Of a stretch of 64,000 bases of DNA, positions 37,701-49,735 are shown piece after piece (positions within the stretch are counted from its first letter, which is position 1; each line of letters opens with the position of its first letter). Both the position numbers and the translations under genes were made by a program. The notes beneath the pieces were generated by a model, which saw nothing but the letters and a program-made list of their open reading frames with translations, did no database searches and was not told the origin of the DNA. The stretch is taken from contig JBITNC010000001.1 in NCBI GenBank assembly GCA_050084985.1, positions 72,416,001 to 72,480,000 of the forward strand, in the 5' to 3' direction. The stretch is from Nageia nagi. Its lineage: Eukaryota > Plantae > Pinophyta.

Positions 37701-40596
37701 TTCCCTAGTTCAGCTTCCAGAACAGAGTAATCTGACCAAACCTGGGATTAAGACTGTTGAAGTATTACCAGGAAAGACTCTTAATATCAGCAGTTGGCTG
37801 ACGGGTGAACAAGAGAAGAAGCTTTTTGACGTCTTGACCACTCACACCGAAGCTTTTGCTTGGAATTACTCAGACATGAAAGGAATTCATCCTCAAATAT
37901 GTACCCATCATATTTATACGAATGAAACCAGACCTGTCCAGCAGCCTCCTAGACGAATAAATCCTGCACTTAAAGAAGTTGTTAAGACTGAAATTGAGAA
38001 GCTGTTGAAGGCTGAATTCATCTATCCTATCTCAGATAGTCAATGGGTCTCACCTTTGGTGATTGTGCCTAAGAAAAATGGCAAATGGAGGGTATGTGTT
38101 GATTACAGAGCTCTCAATAAAGCCACATTTAGGGACCACTTTCCATTGCCTTTCATTGATCAGGTGTTAGACACTCTGTCTGGTAAACAATATTTCTCTT
38201 TCTTAGATGGATTCAGTGGCTATAACCAAATACAAATTGCAGAAGAAGATCAGGGCAAGACTACATTTACCTGTGCATGGGGTACATATGCTTACAAGGT
38301 TCTTCCTTTTGGCTTGTGCAATGCACCAGCAGCCTTCCAAAGAGCTGTGCTAGCAATCTTCTCAGATCTGACTAATGATTGCGTTGAAGTGTACATGGAT
38401 GACTTCACAGTGTATGGCAACACTTTTGAGATGCCTTAAGTAACTTAGAAAAAGTATTGGTGAGATGCAAACTGCATAATCTATCCTTAAGCCATAAAAA
38501 ATGTTTCATGCTTGTACAGGAGGGAATAGTCTTGGGCCATCATATTTCAGCCAAGGGATTCAGGTGGACCCCAAGAAGATAGAAGTCATCAAGCAACTTC
38601 CTCAACCTGAGACTCAAACAGATGTCCGGAGCTTCTTGGGACATGCCGGATACTACAGAAGATTTATAGAAAATTTCAGTAAAATAGCAGCCCCATTATT
38701 TGCCCTGCTGCATAAGGACAATGAATTTGAATGGACGGCTGACTGTGAAGAAGCTTTTCAAACCATCAAAGAAAAACTCACCACAACTCCTGTGTTGAGA
38801 GGTCCAAATTGGGAACTTCCATTCCACATTCATACGGATGCCTCAAATTATGCTATTGGAGCAGTCCTAGGACAAGAAGAACCAAGTAAGTCCCCATATG
38901 CTATTTATTACATAAGCAAAAACTTGGTAGGAGCTGAAAGAAATTATACTACTACAGAAAAAGAATTCCTAGCAGTAGTGTATGCCATCAATAAATTTAG
39001 ACACTATATCACAGGATACCAAGTGTTTGTTCATACTGACCATGCTGCCATTAAATATCTCATGAACAAACCTGTGGTAAGTGGAAGAATCGTGAGATGG
39101 TTGCTGTTATTACAGGAGTTTAATGTGACTATAATTGATAAACTGGCAAGACAATGTAGTAGCAGATTTCTTGTCTAGACTGAACATCATTCGAGAAGAT
39201 GAGCTTGTGGAGGACACTTTTCCAGATGAACAACTATTTGTAATCTCTACCCAATCTCCATGGTTTGCAGACATTGCTAATTATCTTGCCACTGGAAGAA
39301 TTCCTCCATATCTGTCTCCAAATCAGAGGAAACAACTGATAAAGCAGAGTGCATCATACAAATGGGTGGATGGATTATTTGTTTAAATATGGACCTGATT
39401 ATGCACTCTGAAGGTGTCTACGGACAGATGAGGTATTTGACGTTATTCGTGCATGTCATGATGAGCCGTCAGGAGGTCACTATTCTGATAAACCAACCAT
39501 TCATAAAGTCCTAGGAGCTGGTTATGTTTGGCCTTCCATGCACAAAGACATTAGGAAATATGTGAAGCAATGTGACCAGTGTCAACGAATGGGTAGACCA
39601 ACTGCTACTACTCAAATGCCATTACAACCACAGTGGATGTTTGAACCATTTGAGCAATGGGGCATCGACTTTGTTGGACCTATTAATCCTCCATCTCGAG
39701 GTAAGAGACACATACTAGTCTGTACTGATTATGCCACTAAGTGGGTGGAAGTAGTAGCTTTGGCACATGCCAAAGAAGAATTGGTGGCAGATTTTCTGTA
39801 TAATAACATCATGCAGAGATTTGGAGCTCCTCGGTTTCTGGTTTCTGATCAGGGTCCGCAGTTCATGTCAAGGACAATACAACATTTTGTAAACCAATAT
39901 CAGATCCGACATAAGAAGGCTTCGCCCTATCACCCACAAACAAATGGACAAGTTGAAAGTTACCAACAGAGAGCTGGAAAATATATTGACCAAGACAGTA
40001 GCTTCGCACAGAAAGGATTGGGTATCCAAGCTTCCTGAAGCAGTTTGGGCATACAATACCATGTGGAAATCCACCACTGGATTTACTCCATATGAATTGG
40101 TTTTTGGTAAGAAGCCTCTAATGCCTATAGATTTGAGCTCCAGACACTGAGAACAGCCTTAAAAGTTGGGATGGACATAACAGAAGTTCAGAAAAATAGA
40201 CTACTCCAGTTAAATGAGCTGGATGAAATAAGAATGGAGGCATTGCATAATACTGAAATCATCCAACAACAACGGAAACTTTGGCATGACAAAACCTGAA
40301 ACAGAATCAGTTTCAGTTAGGGGAATGGGCTCTATTATTTGATTCCCGATATAATGATTTCATAGGGAAGCTCCAGACACGATGGTTGGGGCCATATAAG
40401 ATTCTTCAAATATTCCCTAATGGTTCAGTCCAATTACAGCCAATTGACAATTCTCGGAGGATTCTCCTGGTTAATGGACATCGCCTTCCGACCATATTTG
40501 ATACCATCAACAAAGGAGCAATTCACACAGCAGATAAAGATAGTAGATCCTGATGTATCCGGGGAAGCCTCTTCTTCCTCGGATGTGGTAAAATAA
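34781..40596 (+). pseudogene. Athila gag-pol (gag, Zn-knuckle-like, protease core deleted, RT, RNase H, integrase) with frameshifts
   Basis: Gag LKLFPSTLKDNAMRWF; RT WRVCVDYRALN, FLDGFSGYNQI, VYMDDF; [15 protein letters not shown]; INT WGIDFVGP, DQGPQF. Confidence 0.93.
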
Positions 40597-40720
40597 ACTC
40601 TTTGATCAGCTCTATAATAAGTGATTCCAGTGGATGTGGCAGTCGACAAGTGAAATCAGGAAACTGACACTTGTCGGGTGAAAACCATTGACACTGGAAA
40701 CACAAGAAGCTAGTATTATA

Positions 40721-40766
<46 letters not shown>

Positions 40767-41531
40767 ATTATATATATATATATTATATAATAATGCAGGG
40801 TCACATGCAGAATTCCCATGTCAAAAAGGGACTATTTCAGTTCCGAAAGATGGTGTGAATCTTGCATACGTATGGTGACTGGAGCGTTGGACGATGTTTC
40901 TCTGAACACGTCCAGAGCTGCCAGTTTCTTCGTCACCTCCCTTGCACAACGCACTCGACACGATTCAGTTATAACGTGATGGACCAGTCTTCAAGGACAC
41001 GTCACCTGTCGGGAGCGCAGCACAACGGACCACGCGCCAGCTCAATAACTACGTACATCCACGTATCCTCACATCCATATTCACCACTCCATGGCACACG
41101 GTTTAAAAAAAAAAAACTGGCTCCCACCTCTTTCCACATCATAAAATAAAACCAACTGACCCCTTTTTCCCTGCACACAAATCAACCACCACCTTTTTAC
41201 TTCACATCAACCAATACTTCACACCTGTCAAATATCCTTCACATGACACATGATTCATTGGAGGCAAGCGGCAGCTCGGATTATCATGCATGCAGTCAGT
41301 GGTATATCACCTTACCATCCTCACACGTACCGGACGTCCATTTCCACACTCCACCACCATCCGCCATTAATGGTATGTCATTTCATCATTATTTAGGTAA
41401 TTAGTAGTTTAATTGTTATAAATTATTTGAACCTGCATGTCCAAATAACAACTGTGCCATAAACTTTGTTCGCCACCTCGCCACATTCAAACTCCAGCCA
41501 GGCATTTGCAGACCAGCTGGTTTTCAGAAAA

Positions 41532-43803
41532 ATGGGTCAGAAGCGCCGAGAAGAACCCAGCTCAACGGAAGAGCTTCGAAAGAATCAGAGGGTGTCAGAA
41601 ATATTTGCCACGGCCCAATGGCTTCCATTTTTCGACAAATTTCAGGGCCATGAACTCTGGTTGGTGCGACAGTTTGCAGCCGAATTGAATGAGAATTCTG
41701 TTACTCTGCAAGGGCACACCATTCCAGTTTCTCCTGCCGTAATCAGTTCCATCTCTGGTATCCTGCTGAAGGAGAAGAGTTGACACTAGGAAAGGAATCG
41801 CCGGACGATGTTCTCGACGCCTTCCATCATCTTGCCGAACCCCGCGCGACTAAATTCACGAGCAAAGGACGCGACCGAGGAATTAATCGCGTTTCCCTGC
41901 CTGAGCCTTGGAGTGAAGTTGCCACCTGGGTGCTGAGATATTTCTTTTGTGAAGGCCAGTATGCAACACTACAGGGACATCAGATGCGATTACTAATTCA
42001 ATTACGACACCCAACACAGTACAGGTATAATATTCCCCAACATTTATTTAATAGTCTGCAGTCCATGGCTGCTAAGTGGCGTGAGTCAAATCAGACTTCA
42101 CCTTTGAAACACCATGGACTTATCACTCTAATCTGTCGGGAGTATTTTCTTCAAATTGGTGGAGAAGAAGCTTGGCAAGCATTTTTAAAAGGCAAGGAAG
42201 AGGCTGCTGAAACGGATACAGTACCTCTATTTAGCATAAATCGGGTGGAGGCAGTTCCAACAGCTCATATCCAGATAAGCCTTCCATCTGTCAACCACAT
42301 GCAGAGTCTTCCGCTAGACCGTCTAGGAAGAGATCCCGTGTTGCATCACCACAAGATTCTATCAGTTTGCAGCCGGATTTTGTGACTGAAAATTTGCCTA
42401 CTACTCCAGAGTGTCATATGAACTGCTATTAACTCGGGTTCAAGAATTAGAGGGAAAGACTAAACAATTGGAGCAAGAAAATCAGATTTTGCGTGCCCAA
42501 TATGCTAAGACAGAACAGAAAAACAGAGAGTTGGCTGCAGCTAATGCCGCAATGCAGCGACAACACATGGACGCACAGACACTCCATGCAATGATTAAGC
42601 ACATCACAGTTGAACAGTTAGCTTTGAAGGACAGAGTTCAACAGAATTTTGATTGTATGTCTGCGTTGACAGAAGAGAAAGCTACCACTGCTAGGCTGCG
42701 AGAGGAGATTGAAGAATTAAGATATCAGATAGCGCAAGAACAATATGCTTCTTCTGATCTCAACATAGTGCATACACGGTGGCTGAGCATCAGAGTCTAC
42801 AAGATAAATTTGAAGAAGCTCAGCGTAGAGTTGCGGCACTCTCCCAAACCTCTGCGGTTCCAAGACAACTTGTCCAAGATGCTTCCTCCATCTTTCAGGA
42901 AATTCTACGCCTGCGCTCACCTTCATCAGTTTACAGTGTATATTTGAAAGAACTTTTCTATAGATGGCAGTTATCACAGCTTACGAAAGGATGACCTTAT
43001 TGTTTAGACACCCCTAAACAATTTCTTCAGGAATATTCTGTTGCTTCGGAAGAGCAACGCTTCTTGATGTGTGAATGCTTTATTCACGGTTTCTTTGTTC
43101 CGTCTAATCGGGGGTTCTTTGTTAACCTGTATGTGGGAGAAGTCCAGTTGAGAGCCTTTATTTCTGCCTTATTAAATCAGATTCAGTGGAGAAAAGAAAT
43201 AGCTCAATTCCATAACAAGCAGGAGAATGATGTCTTTCCAATGAGAATTGAAGCATACTTTCCCCAACGGTTTCAGGCTGCATTCCGTGCACTTCTTGTA
43301 CAGGGCCCCATTAAAGCCCAATATAAAGCAACAATATCACAATGTGTACAGGAATGCCGAGAAACTCTTCACACTGTGTTTGATGAAGCTGTTGTGTGTT
43401 GTAACACACGGTGGATGGGTTTACACTATGAGCTCCGTGTTCGTGAAGTGTTCACACCTAGTAATCTATATTGGAGCAGAAGGAGAGCTCTCTCTCTCAT
43501 CTCTCTACTAGAAAGAGATCCTGATAATTGGGTGGGTAGTCAGTTTCGTCCTCCGTTACTTCTATTCCCTGTTCCAGATGAGAATGTAAACGGGCCCAAT
43601 CAAATGCTGCATTTAGAACTTGGGAGTCTCGGCTTATCCGGCAACATGGTGGAGGAGCAAGGGTTCCACAAATTCAACAAGGCACCATTGACATTCGGAC
43701 CCGCCAAAGATTGCAACTTGCTGACGGACCCTATGATTTGGCTCATTTAGTTCATGCTCCCTCAGTTGTTACTGTTGATGACAGTTCCAGTGATTCTGAT
43801 TGA
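41532..43803 (+). pseudogene. Athila 3' extra ('env-like') ORF, copy 2
   Basis: ATG follows acceptor-like TTTTCAG. ORF pieces 41466-41783, 41780-42385, 42411-42947 and 43064-43750. Highly similar to 4272-6547. Confidence 0.82.
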
Positions 43804-43854
43804 AACTCTCCTTTTTATTGCTTCAGGGGTAGCAATGTTTTCAGCTGGGGAGAG

Positions 43855-45840
43855 TGATGAGTCTCAAAAATTACCTGGTTTTGGCACGGTTCAATGGTTC
43901 ATTTTGTATATTTGGACATAATGGAACGGATTATTTGTAATAGTTGAACTATCTAGTTGCTTAATATATGGTTAAATGCATACCTTCCTTATCTTAGTAT
44001 TTTGTGCATACTGATTATACTTTTGTGTTTGTTTTGAACCAAAATGCTTCTTTTTGCCATATAGAATGATGGTCGGTAATTTGGATGGGTTGCCAGTCTT
44101 GTGAAGATGCCTTTGAACAAATTCTACATTGTCCGGAGCTCCGCTCCAGACAGAGTTTTACACAGGTCTGTATCGTCCGGAGCTCCGCTCCAGACATAGT
44201 TGGCACCTCATCTGAATAAAGAGGAGCTAAACTGGTTTGGAGCTCTCCTCCAGACTTGTCTGGAGCCCTTCTCAACTCACCCAAGGTCTTCAACTCAGAC
44301 ATGTCAAAGGTCTCTATCGCCCAGACTCGTCCGGAGCGCCTGTTCTAGACTATCCGGAGCGCCTGTTCCAAACTCGTCCGGAGCGCCTATTCCGGACTAG
44401 CCGGAGCGCCTATTCCAGACTCGTCCGGAGCACCTATTCCAGACTATCCGGAGCGCCTGTTCCAGACTATCCGGAGCGCCTATTCCAGACTCGTCCGGAG
44501 CGCCTATTGCAGACTATCCGGAGTGCCTGTTCCATGACTCGTCCGGAGCTTCCATTTCAGACCTATTCGGAACGCCTGCTCCAGACTCGTCCGGAACGCC
44601 TGTTCTAGACTCGTCCGGAGCGCCTGTTCCAGACTCGCCCGGAGCGCCTGTTCCAGACTCGTCCGGAGCGCCTGTTCCAGACTCGTCCGGAGCGCCTGTT
44701 CAGACTCGTCCGGAGCTTCTATTTCAAGCTCGTCCGGAGCTTCTATTTCAAGCTTGTCGGAGCCTCTATGTTGGACTCGTCTGGAGCTCCTGTGCAAACT
44801 GGTCCGGAGCTTCCGCTCCAGGCCTAAATCTGAGGAGTTGACTGTCATCCTTGACTAGATTGTTAGCTCTATTCTAACCTTGTATGATCCAGATATTTAG
44901 TAGATATGAACTGCTCCAGATATAGTCTGTAAAAGATTGCTTCCAAACAATTTGAGGAAGATATAATTCTTGAGGGAGAGGTGAACCATTTAAGTATTTA
45001 AACAAACATGAAGAAAATGAGGAATGAGAGTTGAGAGACTATTCCTTCAATTGTTTCCACTCACTTAACAGGCATGGCAAAGTATTGATATTTTTGTCCA
45101 AATTTAGCAGAACTGAAATGAGTTTCCATAAAGACATTACTTTTCAGCTTTTTGGTACTTCTGGATACAATTAGAGAAAACAAGTTGGAGGAATATGACA
45201 CCCCAACTCTGATTGACCGTCAGGAGAGCATCAAGGTAGAAAATACTATTGATTTGAATAGATAGGTGTTGAACGAAGTTTGATGATCCAAAAGCACATA
45301 ACTGTGTACGCAGATATGCTAAGCAGATAACATCATCTGGAAAGAGTATTCAGTTGGTTCGTGTCTTCACCTTGCAAGGGGCCCTACACAATGGTAGAAA
45401 GGGAAACCACATTATAATGCTTTGGTAATTCATAATTTTTGGAGAATGCTTAAGAGGTTCTCCCATCCTCAGAGGTTTGGTCACATCTTAGAGCTTGAGA
45501 ATTGAGCAAACGCATCATTTAGTCCTAATGCACATAAGTCTATTGATGAGATTGAGAAGTATATCAAAGCTTTGGGACATGGATTACATTGCCATAGCAT
45601 ACTAGTCCTTTGAAACTCCTGGTAGTTGTCAAAGTAAGTGAGATGGGAATAATGTTGATATTACCAAATTAGTCAGACAAGAATACATCAAAGGTCTTCC
45701 CTGATTTTGATGATGCATGTGTAAACTCATTGATTTATATTGGGATATCAAAAATAAGATGAGAGTGAGGTATCACTAAGGTAGATGTCAGTAGGGCTTT
45801 TGGTAGATATTTGGATTGTTGCACTATTTATAACTAATCA
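43855..45840 (+). repeat. 3' LTR of Athila copy 2 (last ~900 bp garbled)
   Basis: Matches the 5' LTR to 44930, with 144 bp more tandem repeat. 44931-45840 is a mosaic ending TAACTAATCA, compared with TAACTCATCA in the 5' LTR. Confidence 0.85.
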
Positions 45841-48117
45841 CAACTTGAGGAGATTTGTCTGGTTTTCTTTGATGATATATTGGTGTACTGTTAAATGTGG
45901 GAGGAACACCTGCAACACTTGGACATCATTTTCGGCATTTTGTAAGTTCAAAAATTCTTTGCTAGGCAGTCCAAATGCGAATTTGGGAGGACTGAAATTT
46001 TGTATTTAGGGCATGTGATCTGCCATGAAGGAGTGAGGATGGATGAGCAAAAAATTGTAGCAATCTAGAATTGGCCGGTACCCACCCCCCTTTGACACAA
46101 TTAAGGGGATTTTTGGGGCTATGCAATTACTACATAAGGTTCATCTGTGGTTTCTCACACTTGGGTGCCTCTTTGACACAATTAACCAAGAAAGATGCAT
46201 TCGTTTGGAGTGCTGAAGCTCAAAGGTGCTTTTGAGACTCTAAAAAAAGTTATGTGCTCTTGTTCAAAAAGGACAGCCAATAGCATTTGAGAGCAAGAAA
46301 CTCACTAATGTAGAACAAAATTTCATGTATATGACAAGGAAATGTTGGCTATTATGCATGCATTGGAGAGATTTAACAATATCTAGTATGTGAGCCTTTC
46401 ATTATCAAAAGTGACCATAATAGTTTGAAGTATTTTCTAAGCCAATCAAATTTGAGCAAAAAGCAACAAAGATGGGTAAGTAAACTTCAATCCTTCGATT
46501 TTGAGATTTAGTAAATCAGGGGGAAAAAGAATATAACTGCTGATACATTATCCAGGAATCCATCTTTTTACTCTCTCTTCTATTTTTGCTGATTGAAAAA
46601 TGAATATCATGTTTGAATATGTTAAAGATTAATTTGCTCAAAGCATTTTAGATGGGAAGGTGAAAAATGAGAGGTATACAGGAAAATATAGGCTGATGTA
46701 GAAAAATAACATGATTTTCTTGACCCTTAATTCAAAAATGAAGGAAAGGGTGCTCCATGCTTTGCATAATATACTCCTTGCAGGTCATCCAAGAATTTGA
46801 AAACGTACAAAGCAGTTAGGAGAGGTTTGCATGGAAGGGGATGAAACTGAATGTTTATAAGCACGTTAAGGAGTGTGAGCAATGTCAGGAGAATAAGGAG
46901 GAAAATATGAAATCGGTAGGATTACTTTGACCACTACCCTTCCACAACAGAAATGGGAAGATATTTCTATGGATTTCATCATGGGCCTTCCAAAAGTGCA
47001 AGGTAAAGATTGTATTTTTGTAGTGGTGGATAGCTTACTAAATTTGCCCATTTCTTTGCCATTACCATCACATATACAATAGTACAATTGGTTGATTTAT
47101 TCTTTAAAGAAGTATTCAGATTGCATGGTTTTCCAAAGAGGATTGTGAGTTATAGGGACAACAAGTTTATGAACATGTTTTGGCAAGAGCTCTTTTAGTT
47201 GAGTGGCACTAACTTGACCCCAAGCACTAGCTATTCATCACAAAGTGATGGACAAACAAAAATAGTAAATAAATGGATAAAAGGGTATTTGAGGCATTAT
47301 GTAATAGGGCAGCAACAAATGTAGGTCAAATGGTCCATACTGGGAGTATTGCTACAACTCTATGCATGAATTGTCTATAGGAATGTCCCCTTTCAAATCT
47401 TTGTATGTTTATGATGCTCCTAACTTTGCAAATTTGACTTTTGATGAAGGGAAAGCCCCAAAAGCTAAAGATTTTTGCAAAAAAGCCAAGATATTATAAC
47501 AGCTCTACGAGAAAACTGCAAATGGCCCAAAATCTCAAAAGAAGTATGCTGATCAAAGGAGGACCGATAGAGCTTTTGAAGTAGAGGAGATCGTGTATTT
47601 GAGGTTGCAACCATTTAGTCAATCCTCACTCAAGAGAAAAAGAGAAGAAAAACTACAACCTAGGTTCTTTGGTCCATACAAAGTCTTACGCAAGGTTTGG
47701 GAAGCTGCATATGAGCTTGAGCTGCCCAAAGAAAGTAAGATTCACAATATTTTCCATTTGTCAATCCTTAAGAAGGCGTTGGGACAGCAATATACATCAT
47801 CAACTACCCTTCTGTTGAGGAAGCAACACCCCCCTTAATTTTTCGAAATTTGGGGACCCTCAGTCAAAATATGATAATGGAACTTAGCAAGAGTGGAGCT
47901 TTGGGAGAATCACTTTTTAGAGCATAATGAAGACAAGGTAGCCAAATGAGCCCAAAGTGCAACTTTAAAATTCACCCAGAATATTTGCTTACAACAAATG
48001 AAAGGTACTTTCTAAGTATCAATCCAAATGAAAACGAAGGAAATGCAAGTATCAGATGAAGGCCTAGTTAGGTTTCGAAGAATGTGCAAAATCACCTAAT
48101 TCTCACATAAATGGTGG

Positions 48118-49460
48118 TGATCGCGTGGCTAAGGAAGATACATTTGTGTCTATTTTTAAAACTGCAATCATAATCCTCACTTCCAAATAGCCGCCCCTTC
48201 AATGACACTTGGCACCTGAAATTGTTTATAAAAGAGCAAGAGGCTAAGACAGAAGTATTTGAAATTTGCTAAGTCAAAGGTGGTCGCATAGTTTTGAAAA
48301 GTCACCTTTCCATCTCTAGAAAAGGTTTGACCATCCCCTCAACACTATTTTGAGCCTATAAATTGGTTGAGTGCGCCCAAAGTTCACCCTCCAAGCTGGT
48401 CGCACGGTTTGGAAAAGTTGCATTTGCATCTTTTTGGAAAGGGCGACCACCCCATTTTGGCATTCAATGTGCATCCTCCATCTCATTCGACCTCCATTCT
48501 GGCTATTTAGTAGTTTACACGTGGCATACAAGCCAGTATGAAAGAAAAGCAAGGTAACCTAATTTTTACTTTAGCTAGTCTAACGTGTTGCTCCAAGGTG
48601 GTCGCATGGATGGCAAAAGTTAGAATTGCATCTTGTTTTGAAGGTGCGACCACTGCCATTCCTGCATTTTGGTCTCCAAATTGGCTAGGTGTTAATCTAA
48701 CACCCTTGAAAGTTGGTCACATGGTTGGCAAAAGTTAGAATCACATCCTTCTTTTGGGGTGCAACCACCCCTTTTGAGGAATTTTGAATTGAATTTGCTT
48801 GGAGTAGTCCATTTTGGGACATCTCCTAGTTGGTCGCATGGTTTGAAAGTGTTACGTTTGCATCTCTTGTGAAGCATGCGACCACCCCCCTTTTGCTTCA
48901 TTTTTGACCAAGTGTTGAATTTTGGCACCTCTATCCTTGGTCACATGGTTTGAAATTGATACATTTGCATCTTTTGGAGAGATGCGACCACAACTTGTTG
49001 CATGGAACGGAACACTTGTTGAAAACCTTGCCTTTAGCTGCCGAGGTATTGCCACTTGGCAATGAGAGGGCTATAAGAGTGGGAGACTTTGTCAATTTTA
49101 CATATCATATGCCTTCCCAAGGTTGGTCGCATGGTTTTGCTAAGACAAATTTGCATCCTTTTAGGAACATGTGACCACCTTTTTTGCATTAAAGTCAATC
49201 GACCCTATTCATTGGCCACCTTTTTAGTCATTGAAAGTTTGCATTTCATTTCACGATAGCCACCTTTTTAGTCATTGAAAATCTGCATTTCATTTCACGA
49301 CAACCACTTTAGGGTTGCATGATCGCAAGGTCCCAAGAAGATAAGGATCCATCTTTTGAAAATAATGCGTCCATTGGAATTGCAAGTTTAATTAAAGATG
49401 CATGGTCGCACGATCCATATGAATCACAATTGTATCTCTGTCTTGAATTTTCCCGTGCAT
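48118..49460 (+). repeat. Array of 10 spaced ~53-bp palindromic-arm repeats, homologous to the E2 array
   Basis: Starts at ~48118, 48281, 48397, 48599, 48714, 48831, 48938, 49124, 49320 and 49404. The spacing pattern parallels E2. Confidence 0.9.
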
Positions 49461-49735
49461 GCATGCAAGAAGTCTTATTTTTAGGAAAGGGTCCCACACT
49501 TTGATGCTCATCGAAATTTGGTTTCATTTAGTTAGTCTTTGTTATTTGTGTTTTTACATCGTCCCTTCATTTTAGTCACATTGCATAAGGTTAATCTCCA
49601 TGTTTGGTCACATTATCCATCCAAGTTAAAAAGTTAACATTCTTGAAGGGTGCGACCAAACTTTTGTGCATTCACATGGGGCCCATGAGTTAAAAACGTG
49701 CATATGCATTAATTTTTCAAGGCTCATATCGTGGA

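Larger units (their letters stand above)
32722..45840 (+). mobile_element. Athila-type Ty3/gypsy copy 2, near full length, young
   Basis: 5' LTR 32722-34569, PBS, gag-pol, extra ORF, PPT GGGGAGAG at 43847-43854, 3' LTR from 43855. TSD CAATT (32717-32721) vs CAACTT (45841-45846). Confidence 0.95.
30231..47812 (+). mobile_element. Degenerate chromovirus gypsy (LTR start, RT, RNase H, integrase), split by Athila copy 2 and cut by E3
   Basis: TGTAACATCCC LTR-like start. RT ([27 protein letters not shown]) reads QVFREQ at 32721 and resumes LRRFV..FFDDILVY at ~45846. Integrase WEDISMDFIMGLP and PRFFGPYKVL. Confidence 0.85.

Noticed and set aside
44931-45840. Ancient diverged duplicate of 31630-32721
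   Set aside because: It also contains LTR-specific words in colinear order and has the length of the missing LTR half; a consensus artefact fits better.
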